Positions 10,222-19,507 of a stretch of 64,000 nucleotides of DNA are shown here, one piece after another. Source of the DNA: Chthonomonadia bacterium (lineage in GTDB: Bacteria > Armatimonadota > HRBIN16); NCBI GenBank assembly GCA_013314755.1, contig JABUFA010000018.1, positions 1,472 through 65,471 on the forward strand, read 5' to 3'. Position 1 is the stretch's first letter, and each line of letters starts with the position of its first letter. A model generated the notes under the pieces. The model worked only from the letters and a program-made list of their open reading frames with translations, was not told the DNA's origin and made no database searches. Both the position numbers and the translations under genes were made by a program.

Positions 10222-12699
10222 CTACCGGCGTTGCGCGGGCACGGAGGCTTCTATCTCATACCAGAAGGTCTTCTCGTTGCCGATGGTGAACCTGCCCCCC
10301 GTCACGGGCAGGGTTTTGCCGGTGCGCCTGCCGTGGTGGTCAAGAATGTGCACCTTCGTGGCTCTGATACCTTTCAGCGTCACCGTCGCCCTCACCGGCT
10401 CCAGCAGAATGGGCGGCTTGCCCTCGTCCAACAGAGAGGTTCGCGAGGGGTTGTACTTCTGCTCGCTGTTTTCGGCACGCGCTACCGCCGTGAGCAGAAT
10501 ACGCCTCGACTGGCTCAGCGGGCGGTCATCCAGACTGGTCAATACCACCTGGCAGAAGGGCGTTTGCGCTTCAATGCGCACGTTCTGGCACTCGGCAGGT
10601 TTGCCCCCGATGAAACCGACCGCCCCCTGCGTGCGCGGCGCATTGACCGTAAATACACCATCCCGCGACCACCTCAGCAACTCATGCTGGCTGGCAAAGT
10701 TGTCAGTGGGTACGGCGGGCACGGGCTTTGCGGGAGCATCTTTCTGGCACGCCACGCGCTGTATCAGCATCAGTCCGCCCGGCACGGTGTCGCCCATCGG
10801 GCGTAACAGCCAATCGTCGGCATCTTTAAAGGAGTAGATATACGTGCTGGGGGTAGGCGGAACGTCGTTGCGCAGGAATATTAGCGCGGCGGGAATCCGT
10901 GCCGCCATCACGTGCGGTTTGTTGCCCACGTTGAAACTGCCCTCCATGCGCGGCGCCCAGTCGCCACCAGAGTAGTCAAACTGCAGTAAGCCGTCCCAGT
11001 CCTGCATGGAGCCGTACGCCGCCATCAGCACGGGCGCCTCGGCAATCCATTCGTTCATCCAGCAGTTGTTCCACTCGGTGACGATGAACGGAAGCCCTTC
11101 CACCTGCTGACGCCCCATCCATGTTATGGTGGAGCCTGCCGGCTGTTTCAACATGGGGCTGTTGTTGAAGCGGTTGGTCGGTGAGTAGCCGCCCTGCGGA
11201 TGGTCCCAGTAGGCGTGGCGGTCAATGTAATCCAGCTGAGCGTTGGAAAGCACGTCGCCAATCCAGTTCTCCCAGTGATTGCTGCCCGCGATGGGCACTT
11301 TCACGCCAATGGAGCGCAGATAGTCGTGAATCTCCTTGAACGTGGAGGTCTGCAGTTCGTACAGAAATCGCCCAACGGTAGTGTTGCGCGCGCGGAGCAG
11401 GTCAGGCACGCTTCCTTCGGGGCGAGGGATACCTTTCCTGTTGCACCAATCGGTAAACAGGTCGTTGATTTCCTGAATGTACGAGGGAGGCAGGGTGCTG
11501 TATCCGCCCACCCAGAACAGCGTGCTCTCGTTGATAATCTCCATCATGGCGATGGTTGGCTCGTCCACGTAGCGCGTTTTGGTGTAGGGGTTGTAATGGG
11601 TCAGCAGGTCATGCGCATACTTCTTCTGCAGCTCAATCAGCCGACGGTTATAGTGCGCGGCGATTTTCGCGCCGTTTTCCAGCGTTTCCCAGTCGCGCAC
11701 GCCATCATCACGCAGGAACTTACGGTGCACCAGCAGGTCCATGTAGATGTAGATGCCGTGCTTTTTGCACTGGTAGATGAAGTAATCCAGCCTGTCCAGC
11801 ATCTCGGGCGAAAGGTTGAGCGTGCTGGTGGGGTGGTTGCCGAAGATGTTCGGCTGTGCCCAGCTGGCGTCCATATGGTGCAGGCGTACCATGTTACAGC
11901 CGAACTTAGCCAGGCGTGCCGCGGTGCGCTCCGCAGTGGTCTTATCCATGAACACGTTGCCGGCCACGATGTTCACGCCCCAGAAGCGCACGGGAGTGCC
12001 GTCCTTAAAAACAAACCTGCCGTCTTTCACCGTTAAGAAACCGTGTTTGCCCGCGGGGCGATGCAGATAGCGCGACAGGTCAACCACCGCCGGCTTCGTG
12101 TAATTGTCCGGCGAGCTGTCCAAGGGATACCAGTCGCGGGTATCGGTTTGGGACATAGTAATCGGTTCAAGGGGATTGCCCTGCATATCGTACGCCTCCA
12201 ATCGTAAGTCGTCGTACCATGCGGTGCCGGTGGCATTGTGCAAGCCCGCAATCAGCGACACGCGCACCGCACCTCTCGGCACTTCATAGTCCCGGGAGTA
12301 AAATGTCCAGTCGGTGGTACCATCAATGTCGAAACCGGGCGGATAGCCGCCTACCAGCTCTCCGTTCGCGTCGTAAAAGAGAACCTGCAGGCGTGACTTT
12401 TCCCAGGGATTGGCGCCCATCTTCACGTTCTGCGTGCGCATCCAGCCAGAGAGGCGCACACGCACTGTACCTTTGGGCAGGATGGCATCCTGCCCTGCTA
12501 CCACCCACGATGACGAGTTCACGGTAATGCGCAGGCAAGCCTGTCCCTCCTTCGCGTTCTCGCGCACAACCTGCGCCTCACCGGGCAATGACCAGCCGAG
12601 CCGGTCTCGTTCGAAATTGCCGTTCAGGAGCATGTTTGGCGCAGAAGCAAGAGGTAAAGCCATGCATAGAAGGCTCACAATCGCCCAGAACCTCATCAT
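10222..12699 (-). CDS. Secreted clan GH-A glycoside hydrolase (GH5-like) with N-terminal CBM4/9-like module
   Basis: Signal peptide MMRFWAIV, GGAGG RBS; NGNFE...WYDDL CBM; FWGVN, VRLHH, EIINE (acid/base), IDRHAYW, VTEWN (nucleophile). Confidence 0.8.
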   Translation of the reverse strand: MMRFWAIVSLLCMALPLASAPNMLLNGNFERDRLGWSLPGEAQVVRENAKEGQACLRITVNSSSWVVAGQDAILPKGTVRVRLSGWMRTQNVKMGANPWEKSRLQVLFYDANGELVGGYPPGFDIDGTTDWTFYSRDYEVPRGAVRVSLIAGLHNATGTAWYDDLRLEAYDMQGNPLEPITMSQTDTRDWYPLDSSPDNYTKPAVVDLSRYLHRPAGKHGFLTVKDGRFVFKDGTPVRFWGVNIVAGNVFMDKTTAERTAARLAKFGCNMVRLHHMDASWAQPNIFGNHPTSTLNLSPEMLDRLDYFIYQCKKHGIYIYMDLLVHRKFLRDDGVRDWETLENGAKIAAHYNRRLIELQKKYAHDLLTHYNPYTKTRYVDEPTIAMMEIINESTLFWVGGYSTLPPSYIQEINDLFTDWCNRKGIPRPEGSVPDLLRARNTTVGRFLYELQTSTFKEIHDYLRSIGVKVPIAGSNHWENWIGDVLSNAQLDYIDRHAYWDHPQGGYSPTNRFNNSPMLKQPAGSTITWMGRQQVEGLPFIVTEWNNCWMNEWIAEAPVLMAAYGSMQDWDGLLQFDYSGGDWAPRMEGSFNVGNKPHVMAARIPAALIFLRNDVPPTPSTYIYSFKDADDWLLRPMGDTVPGGLMLIQRVACQKDAPAKPVPAVPTDNFASQHELLRWSRDGVFTVNAPRTQGAVGFIGGKPAECQNVRIEAQTPFCQVVLTSLDDRPLSQSRRILLTAVARAENSEQKYNPSRTSLLDEGKPPILLEPVRATVTLKGIRATKVHILDHHGRRTGKTLPVTGGRFTIGNEKTFWYEIEASVPAQRR

Positions 12700-12781
12700 T
12701 TCGCCTCCTCTTAAACGTTTCAGCGAAAGATTTCGGTATCGGTAGGAAGATTCCTGCCGGCTGATGGTTTTGGACCAGCTT

Positions 12782-13200
12782 TGGAGTGCTGAAGCTTGCT
12801 TCAGCAACCCCCAACCTGCGCCAGCAGCTTTTATTGTGCGTAGCCTGCGACTTTCAGTCGCAAGGTTGCCTTAAAAGCACCCCTGCAACTGGAAGTTGCG
12901 GGCTACCCATGACGAAGCCTCCTTCGGAGGCTGACCTTTTTGGAGTGCTGAAGCTTGCTTCAGCAACCCCCAACCTGCGCCAGCAGGTTTTGTTGTGCGT
13001 AGCCTGCGACTTTCAGTCGCAAGGGCAGAAAAGGGTGGTAGGGGGAGGCATCTGCTGAAGCATGGCTTCAGCACTCCATATCTGTTTCAGCAGGTTTCGT
13101 TCTGTGTAGCCTGCGATTTCAAATCGCAAGGGCAGAAAAGGGTGGTGGGGGGAGGCATCTGCTGAAGCATGGCTTCAGCACTCCATATCTGCTTCAGCAG
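12782..13200. repeat. Mosaic REP/BIME-like cluster of two palindromic repeat families
   Basis: TGGAGTGCTGAAGC..GCTTCAGCA at 12782 and 12941, inverted copies at 13053 and 13160. GTAGCCTGCGA(C/T)TT..A(G/A)TCGCAAGG at 12840, 12999 and 13106, related inverted copy at 12881-12906. About 84-bp direct duplication (12782/12941). Confidence 0.85.
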
Positions 13201-13248
13201 AGATTCTCGTTGACCTGAGATCTCGTTTTCGCGTAGAATAGAAGTACC

Positions 13249-13845
13249 ATGTCAACCACCAGCGTGCCCAGGCAGGAATCATGGCGTGCGCTGTGGGAGT
13301 ATCGGCAGATGCTTGCCCGGTGCACCGATGAGGAGCTGCAGGACGTCTACTTTCATATCGACGTATTGCAGTACCCGGAGAGGTATCGCGCCATTCTGGA
13401 CGAGCTGGCACGCCGGGGTCTGCGTCCCGTTTCGGGCGTAGAGCCTCAGATTGTTCCAGTCAACATTCCCGAACAGGTTCGGGCTTTACCTGTTTTGAGG
13501 AAGCATCCCGTGCTCGCGAGCGCTGTGGCATCGCTGTTGCTCACGGTGTACACCGCCTGCGTAACATTCGTCTTCTGTCTGCCGATTTATCTGCTGGCAG
13601 TGCCTCTGAAGGCGTTGAACCAGCAAAGCGCATTTTTCTATCTGCTTTTCTTTCCGTTCGCTCCGCTCTCCGCCGCGGGCTTTGGCAGAAGAGCAGGGGG
13701 CACACGCTGGTACACCGCGGCAGTGCTGATAGGAGTGGCGCTGGGCGTCCTGCTGTTTGCAGGTACAGGCACGCTCCACACAGTGGTGCAGGCGCTGTTC
13801 CGTTCGGGCGGTGCGGGAGGGTTCTCCTTGCCTGCGGCGTATTGA
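13249..13845 (+). CDS. Hypothetical membrane protein
   Basis: Soluble N-terminal helix plus about 3 TM segments; TTGACC-18-TAGAAT promoter-like sequence at 13210-13239. Confidence 0.65.
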   Translation: MSTTSVPRQESWRALWEYRQMLARCTDEELQDVYFHIDVLQYPERYRAILDELARRGLRPVSGVEPQIVPVNIPEQVRALPVLRKHPVLASAVASLLLTVYTACVTFVFCLPIYLLAVPLKALNQQSAFFYLLFFPFAPLSAAGFGRRAGGTRWYTAAVLIGVALGVLLFAGTGTLHTVVQALFRSGGAGGFSLPAAY

Positions 13846-13850
13846 CCGGC

Positions 13851-13879
13851 TTGATTTTTAACCTGCACTCCCGTATAAT
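13851..13879 (+). promoter_or_regulatory. Sigma70-type promoter
   Basis: TTGATT-17 bp-TATAAT upstream of the CDS at 13958. Confidence 0.6.
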
Positions 13880-13957
13880 TGCGATAGGGAGGGCGCGAGA
13901 CAACGGGCTGGTGTTTTCCTGTCTTTTCGCTTATTCCTGAAAGACAAGAGGTAGCCA

Positions 13958-15493
13958 TTGATGCCTGCCAGCACTACTATAGAACTCAAGTTATCGCAAG
14001 ACGAGATTAAAATAGAGCCCGGGGGCACAGCCCAGCTGCAGGTGGAGCTTGTCAATACCTCCGACCAGCCCGATACCATCGGCTTGGAGGTCGAGGGGCT
14101 CGATTATGAATGGGTTGCCATACCGGTGCCCACTGTCACCCTGAACGCCCGTGCCAGGGGCAGTGAAAAGATTCTGCTGAAAGTGCCCCGGCGCAGTGAA
14201 AGCACTGCGGGAGCCTATCCCTTTGTGGTGCGTGCGCGTTCGCTGGAGACAGGGGCAACCGCTGTGGCGCCTGCTACGCTGGTGATAGAACCGTTCGCTG
14301 CGCTTTCCGTCGAGCTGTATCCCCGGCGCAGTGTGTGCACCTACTGGCGCCCGACCACAGAGTTCGAGGTCACTGTGCACAACCTGGGGAATACGCCGCT
14401 GGATGTGCGCCTGTATGCAAACGATCCCGATGACGTGGGGGTATACACGTTTGACCGCGAGGTGCTCACCCTGCAGGCAGGCGCGTCGGAAAAGGTCGTG
14501 TTGAGTGCGGAGCCGTCGCGCCGGACGATGGTTGGGCGCGGCCAAATTGCCTCTTTCACGGTCACCGCACGCTGTGTGGAGAACGCGTACATCGTCGGGC
14601 ATACGCAGGGGCAGCTGGATACGCGACCGCTGATTTCTCCTGTTACCCTCAGTACGCTCGCCCTCCTGCTTGTCCTGCTGAGTGTCTGGGCGTTCACCCG
14701 CCCGAAACCGGTGGAGGTGCTGGAGTTTGCGGTGGAGCCTTCCACTATTCAGCAGGGCGGCACGGCGGTCATTCGCTGGCACGTCGCTAACGCCTCCGAA
14801 ATCAGCATTACTCCCGACATCGGGCTGGTGAAGGAGAGTGTCGGCAGTCGACAGGTGGTCCCCTCACAAACGGTCACTTACCATCTGGTAGCGCGAGGCA
14901 GAGGGGGCGTTGTGGAGAAAGATGTCGTGCTGACCGTTTTGCCCGCTCCCGAGCCGCCTCCGCCGGCGATACTGTCGTTCAAGGCAGAACCTGCCCAGGT
15001 GACGAAAGGCGATCCGGTTACCCTCAGCTGGCAGGTGCAGAACGCCACCAAGCTCCTGCTCAGCCCCATCGGGGAGCTGGACCCTCTGCTCACCTCGGTG
15101 CGGGATACGCCTGCCACCACGACCACCTATACGCTGGTTGCCATCAACACCGCGGGGCGAAAGGTGGAAAAGAAGCTGACGGTAAAGGTACACGACCCGA
15201 ACGCGCTGGAGGTGCTGGAGTTCAAAGCGGAGCCTTCGGTCATCACTGCAGGAGGTAGTGTGACCCTGCGCTGGCGTGTACAGGCGGCTTCACGGGTGGT
15301 AATAGACAACGGCGTCGGGGAGGTCAGCCCCCAGGGCGAAACCACCGTCTCACCGATGCAGGATACCACCTATACCCTCACTGCCACCAACGATGCCGGG
15401 CAGGTAGTAACCAAAAGCGTTCGAGTGACGGTGACCAGCACGCCACCAGTGAGTACACCGCCGCCGGTGAATCCGGCTCAGCCCGGCAATTAG
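13958..15493 (+). CDS. Bitopic membrane protein with N-terminal Ig-like (COG1470-like) domains and three C-terminal PKD/Ig-like repeats
   Basis: Central TM helix; three repeats of (V/I)L.F..EP..I..G...TL.W.V..A...TY.L.A; Pro-rich linkers. Confidence 0.7.
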   Translation: MMPASTTIELKLSQDEIKIEPGGTAQLQVELVNTSDQPDTIGLEVEGLDYEWVAIPVPTVTLNARARGSEKILLKVPRRSESTAGAYPFVVRARSLETGATAVAPATLVIEPFAALSVELYPRRSVCTYWRPTTEFEVTVHNLGNTPLDVRLYANDPDDVGVYTFDREVLTLQAGASEKVVLSAEPSRRTMVGRGQIASFTVTARCVENAYIVGHTQGQLDTRPLISPVTLSTLALLLVLLSVWAFTRPKPVEVLEFAVEPSTIQQGGTAVIRWHVANASEISITPDIGLVKESVGSRQVVPSQTVTYHLVARGRGGVVEKDVVLTVLPAPEPPPPAILSFKAEPAQVTKGDPVTLSWQVQNATKLLLSPIGELDPLLTSVRDTPATTTTYTLVAINTAGRKVEKKLTVKVHDPNALEVLEFKAEPSVITAGGSVTLRWRVQAASRVVIDNGVGEVSPQGETTVSPMQDTTYTLTATNDAGQVVTKSVRVTVTSTPPVSTPPPVNPAQPGN

Positions 15494-16692
15494 CGAGGGG
15501 ACGCGCCGACAGACTTCACGAGGCGAACGGGACCACTGCTGGCAAGCTGATACCAGCCGTCTTTTGGCAGGCGCCACGCCTCCTGCGTCCCATTCCACCT
15601 GCTGGTTTCCATGCGCAGGATGGTCTTTTGGTCGGCTGTCTGTACCTGCCACCGCCCGGCAGACAGCCACACACGCATATCGCCGCCGACAGGGGAGAGG
15701 TGCACCTCGTCGGCTTCCCGTATTGCCTCGGTGAACGCTTTCCAGAGCGCAGAGGGCTGAGGTTCGGTCAGCCGGGCAAAGGTCGCCCGCAGGGTGTTGC
15801 TTCCATAAACGGCGTCAATGTACAGCGCCAGTCCGATCAGCGCGCCCATGCCGACGGCATCTCTTTGGTGGAAATCCTCTTGAGGAAAACCGTTGCTTGC
15901 CCAGCGGTTGCGCAAGGGCAAACAGCGTTGCTGGACAAACTGGCGAATGTCCTGCAGGCTGGCGCCGCAGAGGTCGTCGCTGGAGATCTGCGCACCGGTC
16001 GCTTCCAGCCATGTCATGAAGAGCCGCTCGCCCATATAGCCGTTTGCCCAAGGCTCCGGAGCGGTGTAGCCCGTGATGCCCGGAAACAGCGCGTGCGAGA
16101 ACTCGTGTGCAACCTCGCGAAGCCACTCTATAGGATGCTGGATGCTCTGAATCGAGTAGATGTACAGGTTATTTCGCCACTGTTCACCACCCGGGTTGCC
16201 CTGCCGACAGAGCCAGACATTCAGCACTCGCTCTCCCTGAAGGTTCACCTGCAGGCGCAGCCTGTGCCACGCGATTTGCTGAAGCCGGAGAAGCAGACGA
16301 CATACCTGTTGCGCTCTCGGCAGGTCGTCCACCTGCTGAGCATACACCCGAAACCGCAGCTCCGGCTGAGACAGGTACTCGTTGCGGAAATAGCCATAAC
16401 AGGCGACAGTGAACTGCCAGCCGTGTTTGGGATCGGTCCGTGAGAGGGATTGCCCACTCAGGCGAGGCGTGAGGATAACCGCCTCGGTGCGAAGACCTGC
16501 ATCAGGGAGTACCTGTGTTTCAAAAGATGGAACATTCGCCGGGATGGTAACGGAAGCAGGGGGAGAGGGATGCTCCGTATCGGGAGCGGCTCTGCCCCCT
16601 GCAATACACAACCACCCGATAATCAGGGCGAGAGCCACTCCTCGGTAGCGGCAAAAGCGTTGTGGTTGTGGATCGACTCTATCGATTCGCAT
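15490..16692 (-). CDS. Exported hypothetical protein with HExxH motif (possible zinc metallopeptidase)
   Basis: Signal-like N-terminus; REVAHEFSHA followed by EPWANG. Start uncertain because it overlaps folE2. Confidence 0.6.
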   Translation of the reverse strand: MRIDRVDPQPQRFCRYRGVALALIIGWLCIAGGRAAPDTEHPSPPASVTIPANVPSFETQVLPDAGLRTEAVILTPRLSGQSLSRTDPKHGWQFTVACYGYFRNEYLSQPELRFRVYAQQVDDLPRAQQVCRLLLRLQQIAWHRLRLQVNLQGERVLNVWLCRQGNPGGEQWRNNLYIYSIQSIQHPIEWLREVAHEFSHALFPGITGYTAPEPWANGYMGERLFMTWLEATGAQISSDDLCGASLQDIRQFVQQRCLPLRNRWASNGFPQEDFHQRDAVGMGALIGLALYIDAVYGSNTLRATFARLTEPQPSALWKAFTEAIREADEVHLSPVGGDMRVWLSAGRWQVQTADQKTILRMETSRWNGTQEAWRLPKDGWYQLASSGPVRLVKSVGASPR

Positions 16693-17444
16693 TCTACCTT
16701 AAACCGTCGGATGCCCGGTAACTGCCTGAGCGCCAGCACCGAGTCCCGAAGCATATCTTCTACAAACTTGGCGTTATCGTAAGCGGATTCGGTAACGAAC
16801 TTCTCGTCCGGTCGCTTCAGTACAGGATACAACGGACTGCTTGCCTGTTCCTCCAGCAGGTTGCAGAGCGACCCCATGTCGATGTCGTGCGTGGCGGGAA
16901 GCAGTTCCAGTTCCGCCCGGATGTACGCTCGCTGGTTGTGCGCACCGTACAGCGCGATTTGTTTACTGCACGGACAAAGGGATTTCACCGGCATATCGAC
17001 GCGCACAAGGCGAGTGCATGTCCCGTTGTCGAGAATAATCTGCCACTCCGCATCGGCGTCCAGCCAGCCTGATGCTCCGGTAATAGGGGCGTACTTGCGC
17101 AGGAAATATTTGAACCGTACGGTCACCTCCGCACGGTCGGCGTCCAGCATGTCTCTGGCACGGTCCAGCATCCGCTGCAGTGCTTGTAGAGTGAGGGGAA
17201 CCTGGGCGGTTTCATCCAGAATCTGCATCAACCGACTCATGTGCGTGCCTTTCCGATTGTGCTGGAGGGATACCGCGAAATCCACCGAGGCGACGGTATG
17301 GAAGACGCCGCCGCTTCCGTCCGCAATCTGAACAGGAATCTGGACACCTCGCACCCCTACTCGGGGGATTGGGACCTGGCGTCGGTCCTCCTGATTCGCC
17401 ACATCCGGGAGCGAAGCCACAAACCTGGTCTCTATCATCCTCAT
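16623..17444 (-). CDS. folE2: GTP cyclohydrolase IB (FolE2)
   Basis: LPDV, KGTHMSR, SLCPCSK, GAHNQR, LKRPDEKFVTE, FVED, ESIHNHNA. Confidence 0.95.
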   Translation of the reverse strand: MRMIETRFVASLPDVANQEDRRQVPIPRVGVRGVQIPVQIADGSGGVFHTVASVDFAVSLQHNRKGTHMSRLMQILDETAQVPLTLQALQRMLDRARDMLDADRAEVTVRFKYFLRKYAPITGASGWLDADAEWQIILDNGTCTRLVRVDMPVKSLCPCSKQIALYGAHNQRAYIRAELELLPATHDIDMGSLCNLLEEQASSPLYPVLKRPDEKFVTESAYDNAKFVEDMLRDSVLALRQLPGIRRFKVECESIESIHNHNAFAATEEWLSP

Positions 17445-17503
17445 CTCCGAACGGATAGATTTGTGTGTCTAGAGTACCCGCTGGAACAGGCTCAGGTCAA
17501 CCG

Positions 17504-18613
17504 CTATGGGCGTTTTTTCAGCACTGACTTCCAGAACTGGGCATATTGTCCTGCTACCTGCGCCATACTGAACCGCTGTTCGGCGCGTTCGCGTGCTCGA
17601 CGCGACAGGTCGCTCCACCTGTCGGGGTCCTGTTTGAGAAGAAGCACCTGCTGTGCCAAGCCCGCGGCATCTCCCTCCGCGAAAACGAAGCCGGCATCGC
17701 CAATCACCCGCGGTATCTCGCCGCTGTCGGAGCCGATAACGGGCACGCCACATGCCATTGCTTCCACCAGCACCCGCCCGAACTGCTCTTTCCAGCGCGG
17801 AGTTGTGCGCGAGGGAAGCACCAGCACGTGTAGCTGGCGCAGAAAGTCGGCAACGCGTGTGGAGGGAACTGCGCCCAGCCAGCGGACACGGCTCGCAACG
17901 CCCTGAGATTCCGCAAGTGCCCTCCAACGCGTCTCATCGCCTTCGCCAGCAATCCACAACTCGCAGTCATCCGGGCAGTAGCGCAGGCTCTCCAGCAGGG
18001 TATCAATCCCTTTCGCCGGCACCAGCCTGCCCAGGTATCCGATCCGGAACGGTGGGGAAACAGGAGGACTACCTGGAGAGAACGTTTCCGTGTCCACGCC
18101 GTACTGCGGGATAATTGCCATCGGCAGGTTGAACCCTTTGCGCCTGAGCACCTGCAGAGCATCCGCGTTGCCCGCAATGACTCCGCTCAGTTGCCCGGAG
18201 AGGGCAATCTCGAACCACCGGAACGGAGGCGGATAGCGACGGTAGATGTTCTGCCAGCAGAACGCAACGGTATCCGCATCCACACGCCGAGACATCACCA
18301 CCGCATGGTAGGTAGCGAAGTTATACACCTCCTCGTCGACATGCACGAGGTCGGGGCGAAACTGCCGAAGCAGGCGGGGCAGTTGGGGGGCATAGTACAG
18401 GTGGTACTGTCCATTCCAGCGCAGAGGGGTAACCTCCAGACGGTAACCGTGAGGCTCAACGAGTTCCAGGGGTATTTTGCCCACGCGAGGCTCATTCCAG
18501 AAAGGCGGCACCACAACCAGCAGTTCCGTGATGGCGGGGTGTGCCGAAAGGTGCTCGTACTGTTTGTGGTAGACCGCCCTAATAGCTGCTTTGGAGAACA
18601 AAAGCACCCGCAT
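17504..18613 (-). CDS. Glycosyltransferase family 4
   Basis: GRLVPAKG, LVLPSRT, EQFGRVLVEAMACG, SDSGEIP. Confidence 0.92.
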   Translation of the reverse strand: MRVLLFSKAAIRAVYHKQYEHLSAHPAITELLVVVPPFWNEPRVGKIPLELVEPHGYRLEVTPLRWNGQYHLYYAPQLPRLLRQFRPDLVHVDEEVYNFATYHAVVMSRRVDADTVAFCWQNIYRRYPPPFRWFEIALSGQLSGVIAGNADALQVLRRKGFNLPMAIIPQYGVDTETFSPGSPPVSPPFRIGYLGRLVPAKGIDTLLESLRYCPDDCELWIAGEGDETRWRALAESQGVASRVRWLGAVPSTRVADFLRQLHVLVLPSRTTPRWKEQFGRVLVEAMACGVPVIGSDSGEIPRVIGDAGFVFAEGDAAGLAQQVLLLKQDPDRWSDLSRRARERAEQRFSMAQVAGQYAQFWKSVLKKRP

Positions 18614-18642
18614 CGCTATCAGGCACAGATGTTTGAATAACA

Positions 18643-18668
18643 GGGGCAACCTGTTTCAGGTTGCCCCC
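18643..18668 (-). terminator. Hairpin terminator
   Basis: GGGGCAACCTG/CAGGTTGCCCC 11-bp stem just after the stop of the LolA-like gene. Confidence 0.65.
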
Positions 18669-18678
18669 AAACCGTCTG

Positions 18679-19434
18679 CTACCGCGGCGCAGGTGGGCCG
18701 CTGGGCGATGCTGGCATCTGCTGTTCCTTGGCGCCTGCTGGCGGCTTGAACACGAATACCGAGTCGGGCAGATTCGGGTTAATCTGCTGTGACGCGAAGC
18801 TGATGGTAATCGTCTGGGTCAGATTCTGGGTTCCCTGGCTTTGTACACTGCTCAGAGTCAGCTGGCGCAGCAGATAACTTGCTTTGTCGATGAAGGCGGT
18901 CGCCGTCATCTTGAAAGAGATTTTGCCGTCCTGTGATTGCCCAGAGCGGGAAGATTGCAGGACAAACATCGGTTTGCCGCCAACCGTCTGGTCGGCGAGC
19001 TTCTTGGCGCCGGTAGCGAACATTGTCTGCAACTGCGCGCCGATTTGCGATGGGTCGCCAGCACCGGCAGCACCCACACCACCCTGCTGAGCCAGCGAGG
19101 CAGGGGCAGGCGCCTTCATGTACTGCTTTTCCTTTGGCAGGTAGATGTACATGGTCTTTCCGTCGCTGTACACCTGCATACTCTCCCTGCCCTGAACGAT
19201 GGTGACCATTTTGTTCGGGGCTTTATATTTGGTAGTGAGGGTGGTGGACTGCTTCTGCTGCTGTCCGCCCATCTGGCGCGTTTCGGTGATGGACACCTGC
19301 GCCTGGTAGCTCTTCGCGCTCCGGTAGGCAGCTGTCACCTTGCTCAGAATGCTCTGGACATCCTGGGCGTAGCCGGGTGCACTCGCCAGCAGTACAGCTC
19401 CTGCCAGCACGCCAGCGAAAAATCGGGTTCTCAT
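18679..19434 (-). CDS. LolA-like / DUF2092 periplasmic lipoprotein-carrier-fold protein
   Basis: Signal peptide; YKAPNK, SDGKTMYIY.P..KQY, FIDK, NPNLPDSVFVFKPPAGAK. Confidence 0.8.
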   Translation of the reverse strand: MRTRFFAGVLAGAVLLASAPGYAQDVQSILSKVTAAYRSAKSYQAQVSITETRQMGGQQQKQSTTLTTKYKAPNKMVTIVQGRESMQVYSDGKTMYIYLPKEKQYMKAPAPASLAQQGGVGAAGAGDPSQIGAQLQTMFATGAKKLADQTVGGKPMFVLQSSRSGQSQDGKISFKMTATAFIDKASYLLRQLTLSSVQSQGTQNLTQTITISFASQQINPNLPDSVFVFKPPAGAKEQQMPASPSGPPAPR

Positions 19435-19507
19435 GCGAACGTTACTCCTTCCGGTTGATGCTATAAGAGTATACGCATTTTCGACTCAGGATGTCAAATC
19501 CGCCCCA

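Noticed and set aside
12700..12807. N-terminal extension of ORF 10222..12807 and small ORFs 12786..13058 and 12871..13074
   Set aside because: They run through the REP cluster; the RBS and signal peptide place the true start at 12699/12696.
12782..13200. Possible CRISPR array
   Set aside because: Repeats occur in both orientations, belong to two families, and the intervening sequences are themselves duplicated; no cas genes in the window.
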